IMG/VR virus record: IMGVR_UViG_3300049215_000771
Location: 1-64,000 of that record
Direction: 5' to 3' (one strand)
DNA length: 64,000 bases
In this document: one piece after another, positions 46,698 to 56,320 of the stretch
How the letters are laid out: the number at the start of each line of letters is the position of its first letter
Numbering within the stretch: the first letter of the stretch is position 1
The notes under the pieces: generated by a model
What the model was told of the DNA's origin: nothing
Databases searched by the model: none
What the model saw: the letters and a program-made list of their open reading frames with translations, nothing else
Translations under genes and position numbers: made by a program

Positions 46698-47694
46698 TTT
46701 CGAGCGTGGGTCCAAGGTGACGGGATCGAAGTTCTACTTCCTCACGGGCGATGAAGCACTCATGGAGTGGAACCTCATCAACTTCATGCTGGCCTATCAT
46801 CAGCGCAACGGCTGGAATTTTGTCATTCCTCCGTACCTCATCAACAAAAACACCGGCACCCAGGCTGGCATCTTGCCTCGCTTCGAGGGCGACTACTACC
46901 AGACCCAGGAAGGGCTGATGCTGATTCCTACCGCTGAAACGCCGCTGGTGGGGATGCACAGCGATGAAATCTTCAAGGAAGAAGACTTGCCCATCAAGTA
47001 CGTCGCCTTCTCGCCGTGTTTTCGCAAAGAAGCCGGCAGCTACGGAGCGAAGGACAAGGGCTACAAGCGGGTTCATCAGTTTCACAAGATTGAACTTTTC
47101 GCTATCACGACGCCTGACCAGTCGGGCATCATGCAGGAGCGTATGGTTTTCGAGATCGGCGAGATGCTGACCGGAATGGGCGTCAACTGGCGCTCGGTGG
47201 AACTGCCGCCCGAAGAACGCAGCCCGGTGTCGAATAAAACCATTGACTTGGAAGTGAAAGTCGGCGATGATTGGTTGGAGGTTTCGTCGATTTCCAACAC
47301 AGGCGACAACCAAAGCAAACCGGCACAGATTCGCTACAAGCCGAAGAACGGCGGCAAGAACATCAAATGTCACTTGCTCAATGGGTCTGGCGTGGCTTTG
47401 CCCCGGCTGATGTTGGCGTTGGCGGATCGTGCCGACGTGTGGGCTAATCCGTTTCCGCCTTTGAAGGCTTTCGCCAAGCGCCCGCTGACGGTTGCCAACC
47501 TTGCAGTGGCTCTACGCTGTAAGCCTGACGACATCATTGCCCGCCTGAAGCATTATTGTGCCCATCCCGACGCCAAGTTGTGGGACGCCATCATTACTCC
47601 TAGCACGGTGGTCGATCCTGAGATGGCCCGGCTGCTCGCAAGGGAGAATGGTTATGGACTTGAAATTGAGGACAAGGAGCGACCCACGGAATAA
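46690..47694 (+). CDS. serS: seryl-tRNA synthetase catalytic core lacking the N-terminal arm, with IF2_N-like C-terminal domain
   Basis: LIPTAE.P, FRKEAGSYG, RVHQF.KIE, EVSSISN, H.LNGSG.A.PR. Confidence 0.88.
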   Translation: MIDFERGSKVTGSKFYFLTGDEALMEWNLINFMLAYHQRNGWNFVIPPYLINKNTGTQAGILPRFEGDYYQTQEGLMLIPTAETPLVGMHSDEIFKEEDLPIKYVAFSPCFRKEAGSYGAKDKGYKRVHQFHKIELFAITTPDQSGIMQERMVFEIGEMLTGMGVNWRSVELPPEERSPVSNKTIDLEVKVGDDWLEVSSISNTGDNQSKPAQIRYKPKNGGKNIKCHLLNGSGVALPRLMLALADRADVWANPFPPLKAFAKRPLTVANLAVALRCKPDDIIARLKHYCAHPDAKLWDAIITPSTVVDPEMARLLARENGYGLEIEDKERPTE

Positions 47695-48107
47695 ATACGT
47701 CCGCTATACAGTGGGTGGCGGATACGTTATGCCTGGCGGGGTTTGGCTTGAGAGGGACGCCTGGCGATATGACGACCCACTATCATTCGATGGTATTTTC
47801 ACAATCGCTCGCACCGAGAAGAACAAGGGGCGATTCACCAAAGAAAATGCCAAAATAATCGCCGACACATTCGCCTGGTACAACAACAATATACCTTGTC
47901 CGACTTGGACTGACTGGAAAGAAGCTGGTGTGTGGAGGCCAGATTGGATATGCTGGTGGAGACTTAGCGCCAAGGAAGCGATTCGCCGGATGCAGCCTAT
48001 GATCCGGGCCATGAGGAAGCATGGTATCGTGATCTGCACTTTGTATACAGATCGGTTGTCGGGTATAAAATACCGAGACAAATACCAGGTCGTTGCGGAA
48101 TGTCCTC

Positions 48108-48548
48108 ATGGCTAGGAAAAAAGCCAAGAAGCCCCTTGACGATGACACAGGCGAGCCTGTAGAACAGGAACAGCCCCGACGCCAGGTGGGTAACGAGGGG
48201 CTTATAACTCCTCCAACCAAGGAACAAGTAGAGGCGATAGGGGTTGACATCACGGTTGAGTTGGCTACACTAGGCGAGTCGCAAGCGGCAGTCGCAGCGG
48301 CGCTGGCGAAAGCTGAGATATATGGCGAGCGTATCGACGACAACAAATGTCCTGTCGCCAATTACTTGAAGAAAATGGTGAACTTCCCGCAACACACCTA
48401 TGTTTCGGTACAACACAAAGAAGTTCACTTGCTGGAACATTTCGGGGGTGATACGCTATTGAGCGTCCCCCTGCCGAAAGGCGTGATGAAATTCATCGAA
48501 GCGTGGGACAACGGCTCGTACAAAAAACTTGCCGATGTCATGGAGTGA
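48108..48548 (+). CDS. hypothetical protein
   Basis: I.G.R.....CPVANYL...LP..V..FI..WD.G.Y..L. Confidence 0.6.
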   Translation: MARKKAKKPLDDDTGEPVEQEQPRRQVGNEGLITPPTKEQVEAIGVDITVELATLGESQAAVAAALAKAEIYGERIDDNKCPVANYLKKMVNFPQHTYVSVQHKEVHLLEHFGGDTLLSVPLPKGVMKFIEAWDNGSYKKLADVME

Positions 48549-48577
48549 GTTCCCTTTTACTCAGGAGGTCTTAGACC

Positions 48578-48988
48578 ATGAAGAAGTTCCTTTCTCTCGC
48601 CCTTGTGATGGGAGCGATGTTGCTCCTGACCAACACTGCCAACGCTCAGTGCCGTATCTTCGGCGGACGCTGCGGCGGGTATTCCTGCGGGCCTGTCTAC
48701 TACAGCCAGCCGGTTTACTACAGCCAGCCGGTTTACTACAGCGTTCCGTCCTGTGGCCAGGTCTACTACAGCCAGCCGGTGTACTACTCGGCTCCTGTGA
48801 CGACCTATTACTACAACGGGTGCGGCCCGTATTCGTGTGGAAGGGTGTATTACAGCACTCCGGTCTACACACAGCCCTATACCTACCCGGCCCCCTCCGT
48901 CGATGCGACTGGCGGCATTCCCACACCAGCCGATCAGCCGAAGAAGATTACGCTTCCGGCTCCAAGTTCCATCGACCCCGGCAAGTAA
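48578..48988 (+). CDS. secreted Tyr/Pro-rich repeat protein
   Basis: Signal peptide ending ANA; repeated VYYSQP; AGGAGG RBS. Confidence 0.7.
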   Translation: MKKFLSLALVMGAMLLLTNTANAQCRIFGGRCGGYSCGPVYYSQPVYYSQPVYYSVPSCGQVYYSQPVYYSAPVTTYYYNGCGPYSCGRVYYSTPVYTQPYTYPAPSVDATGGIPTPADQPKKITLPAPSSIDPGK

Positions 48989-49015
48989 GCTGCATGTCAC
49001 CTAGCCCTTCCCCAA

Positions 49016-49047
49016 ACCCCGGCTGTTGCGAGCAGCCGGGGTTCTTT
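49016..49047 (+). terminator. rho-independent terminator
   Basis: AACCCCGGCTG..CAGCCGGGGTT-CTTT. Confidence 0.6.
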
Positions 49048-49049
49048 GC

Positions 49050-49078
49050 TTTACAGACCCACGATTTCGTAGTATCAT
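49050..49078 (+). promoter_or_regulatory. sigma70-type promoter (gltX)
   Basis: TTTACA-N17-TATCAT. Confidence 0.65.
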
Positions 49079-49110
49079 GTGGCTACACCCTAACTGCAAG
49101 GTGCCGCCGC

Positions 49111-50442
49111 ATGTCTGACCCTATCCGAACCAGGTTTGCTCCGAGTCCGACTGGCTTCCTGCATATCGGCGGGGTCCGCACGGCCTTGTACAACTGGCTT
49201 TTGGCCCGCAAGATGGGCGGCAAGTTCGTTCTGAGGATCGACGATACCGACACGGGGCGCAATGTTCAAGAAGCCCTCCAGCCCATTCTTGATGGCTTCA
49301 AGTGGCTCGGCCTGAATTGGGACGAAGGACCGGAAGTGGACGGACCCTATGGCCCGTACTACCAGTCCCAGCGAACCAAGATTTATCAGGGCTACTTTGC
49401 CATTCTCCAGTCACGCAACGAAGTGTACCAGGACAAGGGCGCTTGGCGTTTGAAGATGCAGACTGGCGATCAACAACTCATGATCGACGACCTGGTTCGG
49501 GGACGTGTGACCTGGGATGTGAAGAATTTGACGCACCGAGGCGATCCGGTGATCGTCCGCAGCGATGGTACGTTTCTCTACAACTTCGCTACGGTTTGTG
49601 ACGATCACGACATGAAGATCACTCATGTCCTTCGTGCCGAGGAACATCTTTCCAACACACCAGTTCAATTGAAGATTTACGAGGCGTTGGGCATGAAGCC
49701 GCCGTTGTTCGGACATCTTCCTTTCGTGTGTTCCCCTGGCTCCAAGAAGAAACTGAGCAAGCGTGATGCAGTGCCGGTGACGGTCGAATACTACAAAAAT
49801 GTCGGTTATACACAGTCCGGCATTCTCAACTACTTGGCGTTGCTGGGTTGGTCGCTGGACGACCGCACTGAGTTGTTCACCCTTCAGGAGTTGATTGACG
49901 GTTTTTCCATCAAGGGCATCCACAACGCCCCGGCCAGCTTCGACCCGAAGAAGATGCTGCATATCAATGCCGAGCATATGAAGCTGTTGCCCAATGTCAA
50001 AGTGGATCGCTGTGCCGATCACCTTCGGTCGCTGGGTATCGAGCCGGATATGGAGATGGTTAAGAAGGTCGTGGAGGCGTGTGGCGACCGTATCAAGACG
50101 TTCAACGATATTTCGGGTTATGGTATTTTCTTCTTTCGTGACCCGGAGTATAACGAGGAAGCATTCCAGAAGCGACTTGGCGGGGAGCATTTTGATCCCG
50201 CCTACAAGTTCGTGTTGGGCATCAAGGAAGTCACGCCGTTCGATTCCAAGACCTTGGAAGCAAAACTCCATGAGTATTGTGAACAGAACGGCCTGAAGGT
50301 GGGCGATATGGTTCACGCCATTCGCATCGCCATCACCGGCCAACCTATTGGGCCGGGTGTGTTTGACTGCCTCTCTATCCTTGGGCCAGACGAATCGGTA
50401 CGCCGGTTCAATATGGCCTGGAGGAAGAAACGAGGCTTGTAA
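49111..50442 (+). CDS. gltX: glutamyl-tRNA synthetase
   Basis: RFAPSPTGFLHIGG, LRIDDTD, KLSKR, anticodon-binding domain; short acceptor-binding insertion. Confidence 0.95.
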   Translation: MSDPIRTRFAPSPTGFLHIGGVRTALYNWLLARKMGGKFVLRIDDTDTGRNVQEALQPILDGFKWLGLNWDEGPEVDGPYGPYYQSQRTKIYQGYFAILQSRNEVYQDKGAWRLKMQTGDQQLMIDDLVRGRVTWDVKNLTHRGDPVIVRSDGTFLYNFATVCDDHDMKITHVLRAEEHLSNTPVQLKIYEALGMKPPLFGHLPFVCSPGSKKKLSKRDAVPVTVEYYKNVGYTQSGILNYLALLGWSLDDRTELFTLQELIDGFSIKGIHNAPASFDPKKMLHINAEHMKLLPNVKVDRCADHLRSLGIEPDMEMVKKVVEACGDRIKTFNDISGYGIFFFRDPEYNEEAFQKRLGGEHFDPAYKFVLGIKEVTPFDSKTLEAKLHEYCEQNGLKVGDMVHAIRIAITGQPIGPGVFDCLSILGPDESVRRFNMAWRKKRGL

Positions 50443-50528
50443 ATCTTGGCGTATTTGTGGTTGTCAAGCCCACAAAATCTGCTAAGATTGTTTGGGGTTT
50501 CAACTTTTTCTTCAAGGAGTGACGGACG

Positions 50529-50762
50529 ATGAGTGCAACGAAGACAGCAGCAGCAACCGGAGCCACGACTTCCACCAAGCAGCCGGCGAAAGCCGGGGCC
50601 AAAGCGAGCATCAGTGCTTGCAGTCAGGGCAGCAAACTCTGCGAGGACGCCATCCGGGAGAAGGCGTACCTGAAGTGGGAGAAAGCTGGCTACCCGCCGA
50701 GCGACGGCGTGCAGTTCTGGCTTGAGGCCGAGTCGGAACTGGCGGCGGAAGCTGCTGAGTAA
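50529..50762 (+). CDS. DUF2934 protein
   Basis: IREKAYLKWEKAG.P......FWLEAE.EL. Confidence 0.8.
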   Translation: MSATKTAAATGATTSTKQPAKAGAKASISACSQGSKLCEDAIREKAYLKWEKAGYPPSDGVQFWLEAESELAAEAAE

Positions 50763-50844
50763 CCCTGTTCTGCCGGCCCACAGGAAGGCAGAGTCTTGGC
50801 CTCCGTGGTCGGGACTCTGCCTTCTTCAGTTTAGGGACACGATC

Positions 50845-51348
50845 ATGTGTGAACAGTGTATGGCGGAAACCAAAACCTACGGGGAAGTTCTTCCCTGTTG
50901 GTGGTTGGTGCAGGCGACGAAAGATGGTCATGAGATGAAGGCAGGCGACTACGGGCTTGTCGTCTGTAATGATCCCGACTATATCTGGTCCGGGACGCCA
51001 CGCAAAGACCCATCGTTCGGGATGACGGACGAAGAATTCGACAATATGTCGGATGATGTTGGCAGGGAATGGGATGATTTCATGGATTATGTTGATGAGT
51101 TGCGGAAACACTTCAACAGTGATCCTATGACCGGCTACAGCCTGGTTACGGCAGCCAAGGAAGCAGGCTGGGATCGGGAGACGCATGGTTTCTTGCTCGT
51201 TTGGCTGTCGCATCGGATGGCTGAAGTGATCGAGCGGAACCCAACAGCCGACGAAGCCATCTGCGAGCGATTCGCCCTCGAAGACGAGAAAACCTGGGGC
51301 TACAAAAGGGACGAGCATAATGTCCCAAGGAAACATCAGGATGGGTAG
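50845..51348 (+). CDS. hypothetical protein
   Basis: MCEQC.A start, acidic. Confidence 0.6.
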   Translation: MCEQCMAETKTYGEVLPCWWLVQATKDGHEMKAGDYGLVVCNDPDYIWSGTPRKDPSFGMTDEEFDNMSDDVGREWDDFMDYVDELRKHFNSDPMTGYSLVTAAKEAGWDRETHGFLLVWLSHRMAEVIERNPTADEAICERFALEDEKTWGYKRDEHNVPRKHQDG

Positions 51349-51660
51349 CGGATTTTTTCCCGGCATGGTTGTCGGTTTGATCTTGGGCGTGCTGGCCACG
51401 ATGATTGGCCTCGCTATCTTCGCTAAGGCCAGCACACCCAATACCAAAGAACGGGAGCGTGACCCCGCTGACTGGTGGAAGGATGGAGGCGAGCCGCCAT
51501 GTTGACGTATTGGTTTGGGTTGAGTCTGAACGTGTTGGCAATTTTCATGGCTTGTTCGTTCAGAAACAAGTGGGCGTCATACTTCTGTATATGGATCAAC
51601 GTGCCAGGAGTTTTTGGGAGCCTGTTCAACATCTTGTATGTCTTGTTGCTTAAATAGGAC

Positions 51661-51909
51661 ATGAAGAAGTTTGTACAGGGTCGAGACTACTATATCGAGA
51701 AAGGCCGTTGGGTTTTTACAGAAGACTACTTGAGAAGAAGGGGCTTCTGTTGCAACAACAATTGTCGGCATTGTCCGTATCGGGCGGTTAGCTCAGATGG
51801 AAGAGCGTCAGACTTACATTCTGAAGGTCACAGGTTCGATCCCTGTACCGCCTACTCAGATGAAAAGGAGCAAGATGGCACTATTGAAAGGGTTCCCGAA
51901 AAGCAATGA
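51661..51909 (+). CDS. DUF5522-like Cys-rich protein
   Basis: DYY......VFTE.YL..RG.CC...CRHCPY. Confidence 0.65.
   Translation: MKKFVQGRDYYIEKGRWVFTEDYLRRRGFCCNNNCRHCPYRAVSSDGRASDLHSEGHRFDPCTAYSDEKEQDGTIERVPEKQ
51782..51854 (+). tRNA. tRNA-Val(TAC)
   Basis: TCAGA-CTTACAT-TCTGA. Confidence 0.92.
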
Positions 51910-52496
51910 GTTGTTTCCCCAACCCAGGGAAGTGAAAGTCAGATGCAGGGTCAGGAAAGGTAAAAGTCAACATTTCAACACCTATTGCATCCTTCTCAGG
52001 GATTACCATCGGGAACTGCGTGATGGGGCGTATGTTGAAGCCGAGAAGATTCGGACACTGATGGAGGAGTCGGCGCAGGCGATGACTTGGGATGAGTGTT
52101 GTGTGGCGAACCATCTTTCTGCGGAGCTATGGGAAGCCTCCGAGGAAGAAATGAGTCGTTTACTGGTAAAATACCTTGAAGATTGAACCAGGCAACTACA
52201 TATGGCGAGCGAGGAGCGGCGACCAACAAGTGGTCGTTCTGTCCGCCCTGGGTATGGGACCGGATGGAAGGCTCTACGTTCGCATTGAAGGTTCTAACAC
52301 CGGCATTCCATTCGACGAATGCGAGCGCCCCAAGGAGATCAGTGTATCACGGAAACCAAGACCCAAACGACTCTTTTGACATCATTATGTGCTTGTTGCT
52401 GATCTTGGTGATGATTCTGATGGGAGTGAGCAGTTTTCTTATATTCACAGGAATGGCTCACATGCACAGAATGGTCATCAGGTAAGTATATAAGGC

Positions 52497-52913
52497 ATGG
52501 AGAGGATTTGTAGCTTCGCTGAGTATGTTCTAATTCAGGAAGGCAGCCGCCTTACTTCGTCCAAGACCGGCTTGTACCCGCTTGGCTATGGCGGCATCGG
52601 CCTCTACCCCGATGCGGATTACCTGACTCACGCTGCGGACGCTATTTTGTACCTCACTCAAGACAAAAGGCTTTACAACAACCAAGACGAAGCACCGTTC
52701 GACATCACCCACCTGCCCGGACACGAGTTGTTCGGTGATAAAGTCAACAGTGGTGATGGCGATCCGTTCAATATCGAAGACCTTCCAGGTAAGCCTGTGC
52801 CGCCAAAAGACAGCCCGATGCCTGGCAAGATCGTACCGTTCAAGAATTGGATCAAACTGGTCCAGAAACCTAAAACAATTTCGCCCCCAACACCGCCCGG
52901 ACTCCCCAAATAG
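52497..52913 (+). CDS. hypothetical protein, possible virion protein
   Basis: SFAEYV..QE N-terminus; LYPLGYGGIGLYP; TATATA just upstream. Confidence 0.6.
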   Translation: MERICSFAEYVLIQEGSRLTSSKTGLYPLGYGGIGLYPDADYLTHAADAILYLTQDKRLYNNQDEAPFDITHLPGHELFGDKVNSGDGDPFNIEDLPGKPVPPKDSPMPGKIVPFKNWIKLVQKPKTISPPTPPGLPK

Positions 52914-53252
52914 AAAGGGGTCAGATGTGAAAGACATTGCCGAATACGTCAACCACAAAGTTGACGGGTGGGCTGAAACTATGCTTCTGCCCGGCCAGCT
53001 TGTCTTCATCAACGCCCAAGAAGGCATCCAGCTAACCACTGATGTCAAAGACTACGGGAAGCTACAAGTCATTCACGCTTCTATCGCTCCACTGCATACG
53101 ATTGACACGCCTCCTACAGTCGAGGAGTTGTTTTTTCGCACAGCGGAGATACTACAATTGTTCTTCGGAAATCGTGGCTTCGCACAACAACCACTTGATG
53201 AGCGCCGCCCGGAGATGAGGCACTACTTCTCCATTTTGGAAAAGGAGGATCA

Positions 53253-55010
53253 ATGAACAAGGAAATCTACAAGCCAGACCTGTTTGACTGGCATGAAGGC
53301 AAGCAGACCTTCTATATCACCACTGCCATTGACTACCCGAATGCCAAACCACACATCGGTACGGCCTTCGAGAAGATCGGTGCAGACATCCAGGCTCGCT
53401 TCTGGCGATTCCTGGGCCATGAAGTCTTCTTCCTCATGGGGAACGATGAGAACACCGTCAAAGTGTTGAAGGCTGCACAAACCGATGGTTACTCCAGTTA
53501 CAAGGAGATGACCATCAAAGCCTACGCCGACCGCATGGCCGAGGAGTTCAAGGAAGTCTGGCGGGCGCTGGATATTTCCAACGACGATTTTATCCAGACC
53601 AGCGAGCAACGCCACAAGATTGGCGTGCAGCACTTCATTCAGACCGTGTATGACGCCGGTTTCATCTACAAGAAGCCTTACGCCGGCTGGTACTGTGAGG
53701 GGTGTGAGGAATTCAAGCTGGAGAAGAACCTTCAGGACGTGGCCGGTCACAAAATCTGCCCGAACCACCCACTGTCGCTGGTGTGGCGTGAGGAGGAGAA
53801 CTACTTCTTCAAATTGTCGGCGTTCAAACAGTGGATTCTGGATTTGTACGTTCCGGCTTTCGACTCGCCCTACACCGAGGTTCTTCCCGCAGCCCGGCTC
53901 AACGAAATGGAGAATTTCGTCAAGGGTGAACTGGATGATATTTCCATCAGTCGCAAGAACGAAGGCTGGGGCATTCCGGTTCCCTGGGACGAATCCCAGG
54001 TCATCTACGTTTGGTTCGACGCCTTGTTGAACTACCTGACTGGCATTGGTTTCCCCGACCCCAAGTTCCAGAAGTGGTGGCCGGCACGGTGTCACGTCAT
54101 CGGCAAGGACATCACCCGCTTCCACTGTGCCTTGTGGCCGGCAATGATCCATGCCTACAACCAGAAGGCCACGGTGAAGCTGTGTGCCCCGGAGAAGGTG
54201 TTCGCACACGGTTTCATCTACCAGAAGAAGGGGGATGAGGCTATCAAGGTGTCGAAAAGCGGCACCAGCATCAACCCGATGGACCTGGTTGAGAAGTACG
54301 GCAGCGATGCCTACAGGTACTACTTCATGTCGAAGTGTTCCTTCGCCCACGACGGCGAGTACAGCTTGCAGCACTTCAATGAAGTCTACAATGCTGAACT
54401 GGCGAACAACCTGGGCAATCTTGCCAGTCGGGTCGGGAATATGGTCCTCAAGAATCTGGAGGGCATCATTCCGAGCAAGGAGGCGATTGAGAAAACGGGC
54501 AACTTGACGGACGTTGGCTACAACTTCTTCACCATCGAAAGCCTCAACGAGTGGGTGAAGGCGACGGAAGCCTTTGACTATCGCCGTGGCCTGGGTATCG
54601 TGTGGGAAATTCTCATCCGTGCCAACAGGTACTTCGACGATAGGAAGCCCTGGACCTTGGCCCGGAAGAAGGGTGAGCCGCTGGACCAGGATAAGGTGAT
54701 CCAGCTTGCTTCTACCCTTCGCAACACTGTTGCCATGATTCGGTGTGTGGCGATTTTGCTGAAACCTTATCTCCCCAGGGCATCGGAAAAGTTGTATAAT
54801 ACCTACGACTGGCCGGTGAAATGGGAAGACCTGAGCTACAATCATCTCCTGGAGATCGTCAAGGAGAACGATTGTGGGTCGAGGGACGAGTTCCGGCTGA
54901 ATCCGACTGCACTGGTGAAGGATGAAAACAACAAAACAGGCGACATCCATTTCCTCAAGTACCCAGCCTTGTTCCCCAGGGTTGAACTTAAAAAAGATGA
55001 GGCAGTCTAA
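53253..55010 (+). CDS. metG: methionyl-tRNA synthetase
   Basis: FYITTAIDYPN..PHIG, YVWFDALLNY, IGKDI.RFH, KVSKS, LAN.LGNL. Confidence 0.95.
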   Translation: MNKEIYKPDLFDWHEGKQTFYITTAIDYPNAKPHIGTAFEKIGADIQARFWRFLGHEVFFLMGNDENTVKVLKAAQTDGYSSYKEMTIKAYADRMAEEFKEVWRALDISNDDFIQTSEQRHKIGVQHFIQTVYDAGFIYKKPYAGWYCEGCEEFKLEKNLQDVAGHKICPNHPLSLVWREEENYFFKLSAFKQWILDLYVPAFDSPYTEVLPAARLNEMENFVKGELDDISISRKNEGWGIPVPWDESQVIYVWFDALLNYLTGIGFPDPKFQKWWPARCHVIGKDITRFHCALWPAMIHAYNQKATVKLCAPEKVFAHGFIYQKKGDEAIKVSKSGTSINPMDLVEKYGSDAYRYYFMSKCSFAHDGEYSLQHFNEVYNAELANNLGNLASRVGNMVLKNLEGIIPSKEAIEKTGNLTDVGYNFFTIESLNEWVKATEAFDYRRGLGIVWEILIRANRYFDDRKPWTLARKKGEPLDQDKVIQLASTLRNTVAMIRCVAILLKPYLPRASEKLYNTYDWPVKWEDLSYNHLLEIVKENDCGSRDEFRLNPTALVKDENNKTGDIHFLKYPALFPRVELKKDEAV

Positions 55011-55181
55011 TCCCTACTCCTGGATGTTTGCCGGCGCATTCGCCCTGGGATTGTTCTTGGGTAATTGGCTTACAGGTCCGTTCATCGTTGATGGGCGGAC
55101 CTTTAGTCAATCTGCTTGCGTCGGACTCATTGCTGCTGCATTGTTCCTGTTGATTTGGCCGGTCGTGCGATACATAAATAG

Positions 55182-55418
55182 ATGAAATTCTTCGTGGGCG
55201 ATACGGTTCACGTTTGCACGACCGATCCAGTGACAGGAATGTGGAAGCACCTATATGACGCTACTGTGGTGGAAGCGGACGAGTGGAAGGCTCGTGTCCT
55301 GGTGCGAGAGGGAACATATGGTTTCTGGTATTACCAGGAAGACGGCAAAAAGATTGGAATATCCACACGGTATATATCAAAGAAAATCGACGGGTGGAGA
55401 AGTATTGACGACGAGTAG
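55182..55418 (+). CDS. SH3-like small protein with RSIDD tag
   Basis: MKFFVGDTV...; ends GWRSIDDE*. Confidence 0.65.
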   Translation: MKFFVGDTVHVCTTDPVTGMWKHLYDATVVEADEWKARVLVREGTYGFWYYQEDGKKIGISTRYISKKIDGWRSIDDE

Positions 55419-55503
55419 TTAGTAGGATATGCTGAGACTTTGGGAGTGTGGGCAAATTCTTTCTTGTGGCAATCACAGGCAATACAGTTCTCACGCTCCC
55501 GAT

Positions 55504-55585
55504 GGGGTTATAGCTTAATGGAAGAGTGGCGAGGTAAGGCCCAAGTGGTCCCTCGCAGGTAGGGGTTCGACTCCCCTTAGCTCCA
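55504..55585 (+). ncRNA. tRNA-like RNA with enlarged anticodon loop
   Basis: GGGGTTA/TAGCTCC (Ala-like G3:U70), AGGGG-TTCGACT-CCCCT; GCGAGG..CCTCGC encloses 16 nt. Confidence 0.6.
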
Positions 55586-55660
55586 CTGAATGAAAGGCAT
55601 CCTGATACTTCTGATTCTCTCCCTAATCATCGCCATCACCGCAATCCTGACGAGGAAAAA

Positions 55661-56179
55661 ATGAGCGAACAGTTCACTTTGTTTTGGGGCGAGCGCCCTT
55701 TCTCCCAATGGTCGCCGTCTACCTTTACGGTCGATGGCGTAACCTACAACTGCGCCGAACAGTACATGATGGCGATGAAGGCTAAGTTCTTCAAGGACGA
55801 CGAGAAGCTGCAAGAAATTATGCAGGCCGAGCATCCCGCCGATCAGAAGCGCCTGGGTCGGCAAGTGCGCAATTTTGAGGCAACCCGTTGGGATGAAGTC
55901 GCCAGGGACATCGTGTACAAGGGCAACTACGAGAAATTCAGGCAGAACGCAGACATGCGAGAAAAACTGTTCGCCACGGCAGGAACGACCTTGGTGGAAG
56001 CCAGCCCGAAGGATAGGATATGGGGCATCGGTATGGGTGCCAAAAACCCCGATGCACTGGATCGCTCCAAATGGCGGGGTCGCAACTGGCTGGGCGAAGT
56101 TTTGACCAAAGTGCGAGACGATCTTCTCAAGGAGAAGGAGGACGGCCTTGTTCATGCTCACAAGAAAGTTCAGGGTTAA
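55661..56179 (+). CDS. NADAR family protein
   Basis: FSQW...AEQYMM..KA..F...K.LGR.V..F...KF.QN...LVEASP.DRIWGIG...G.N.LG. Confidence 0.92.
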   Translation: MSEQFTLFWGERPFSQWSPSTFTVDGVTYNCAEQYMMAMKAKFFKDDEKLQEIMQAEHPADQKRLGRQVRNFEATRWDEVARDIVYKGNYEKFRQNADMREKLFATAGTTLVEASPKDRIWGIGMGAKNPDALDRSKWRGRNWLGEVLTKVRDDLLKEKEDGLVHAHKKVQG

Positions 56180-56320
56180 ATCCGGCCAGCACAAGGGGCG
56201 TGAAGGAAACCTGGTCAGTATTCCCTGGCTGGGCAACCTTTGGAACTTGCGCATGACACTCAACGTGCCTTCAACTCGTCGCCTGGCCTCCGATACATGG
56301 TGGCCTCAAGATAGGCGTGA

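Noticed and set aside
48529-49110. N-terminal extension of GluRS in the ORF track
   Set aside because: Overlaps the real 48578-48988 gene, a terminator and a promoter; GluRS homology starts at ATG 49111.
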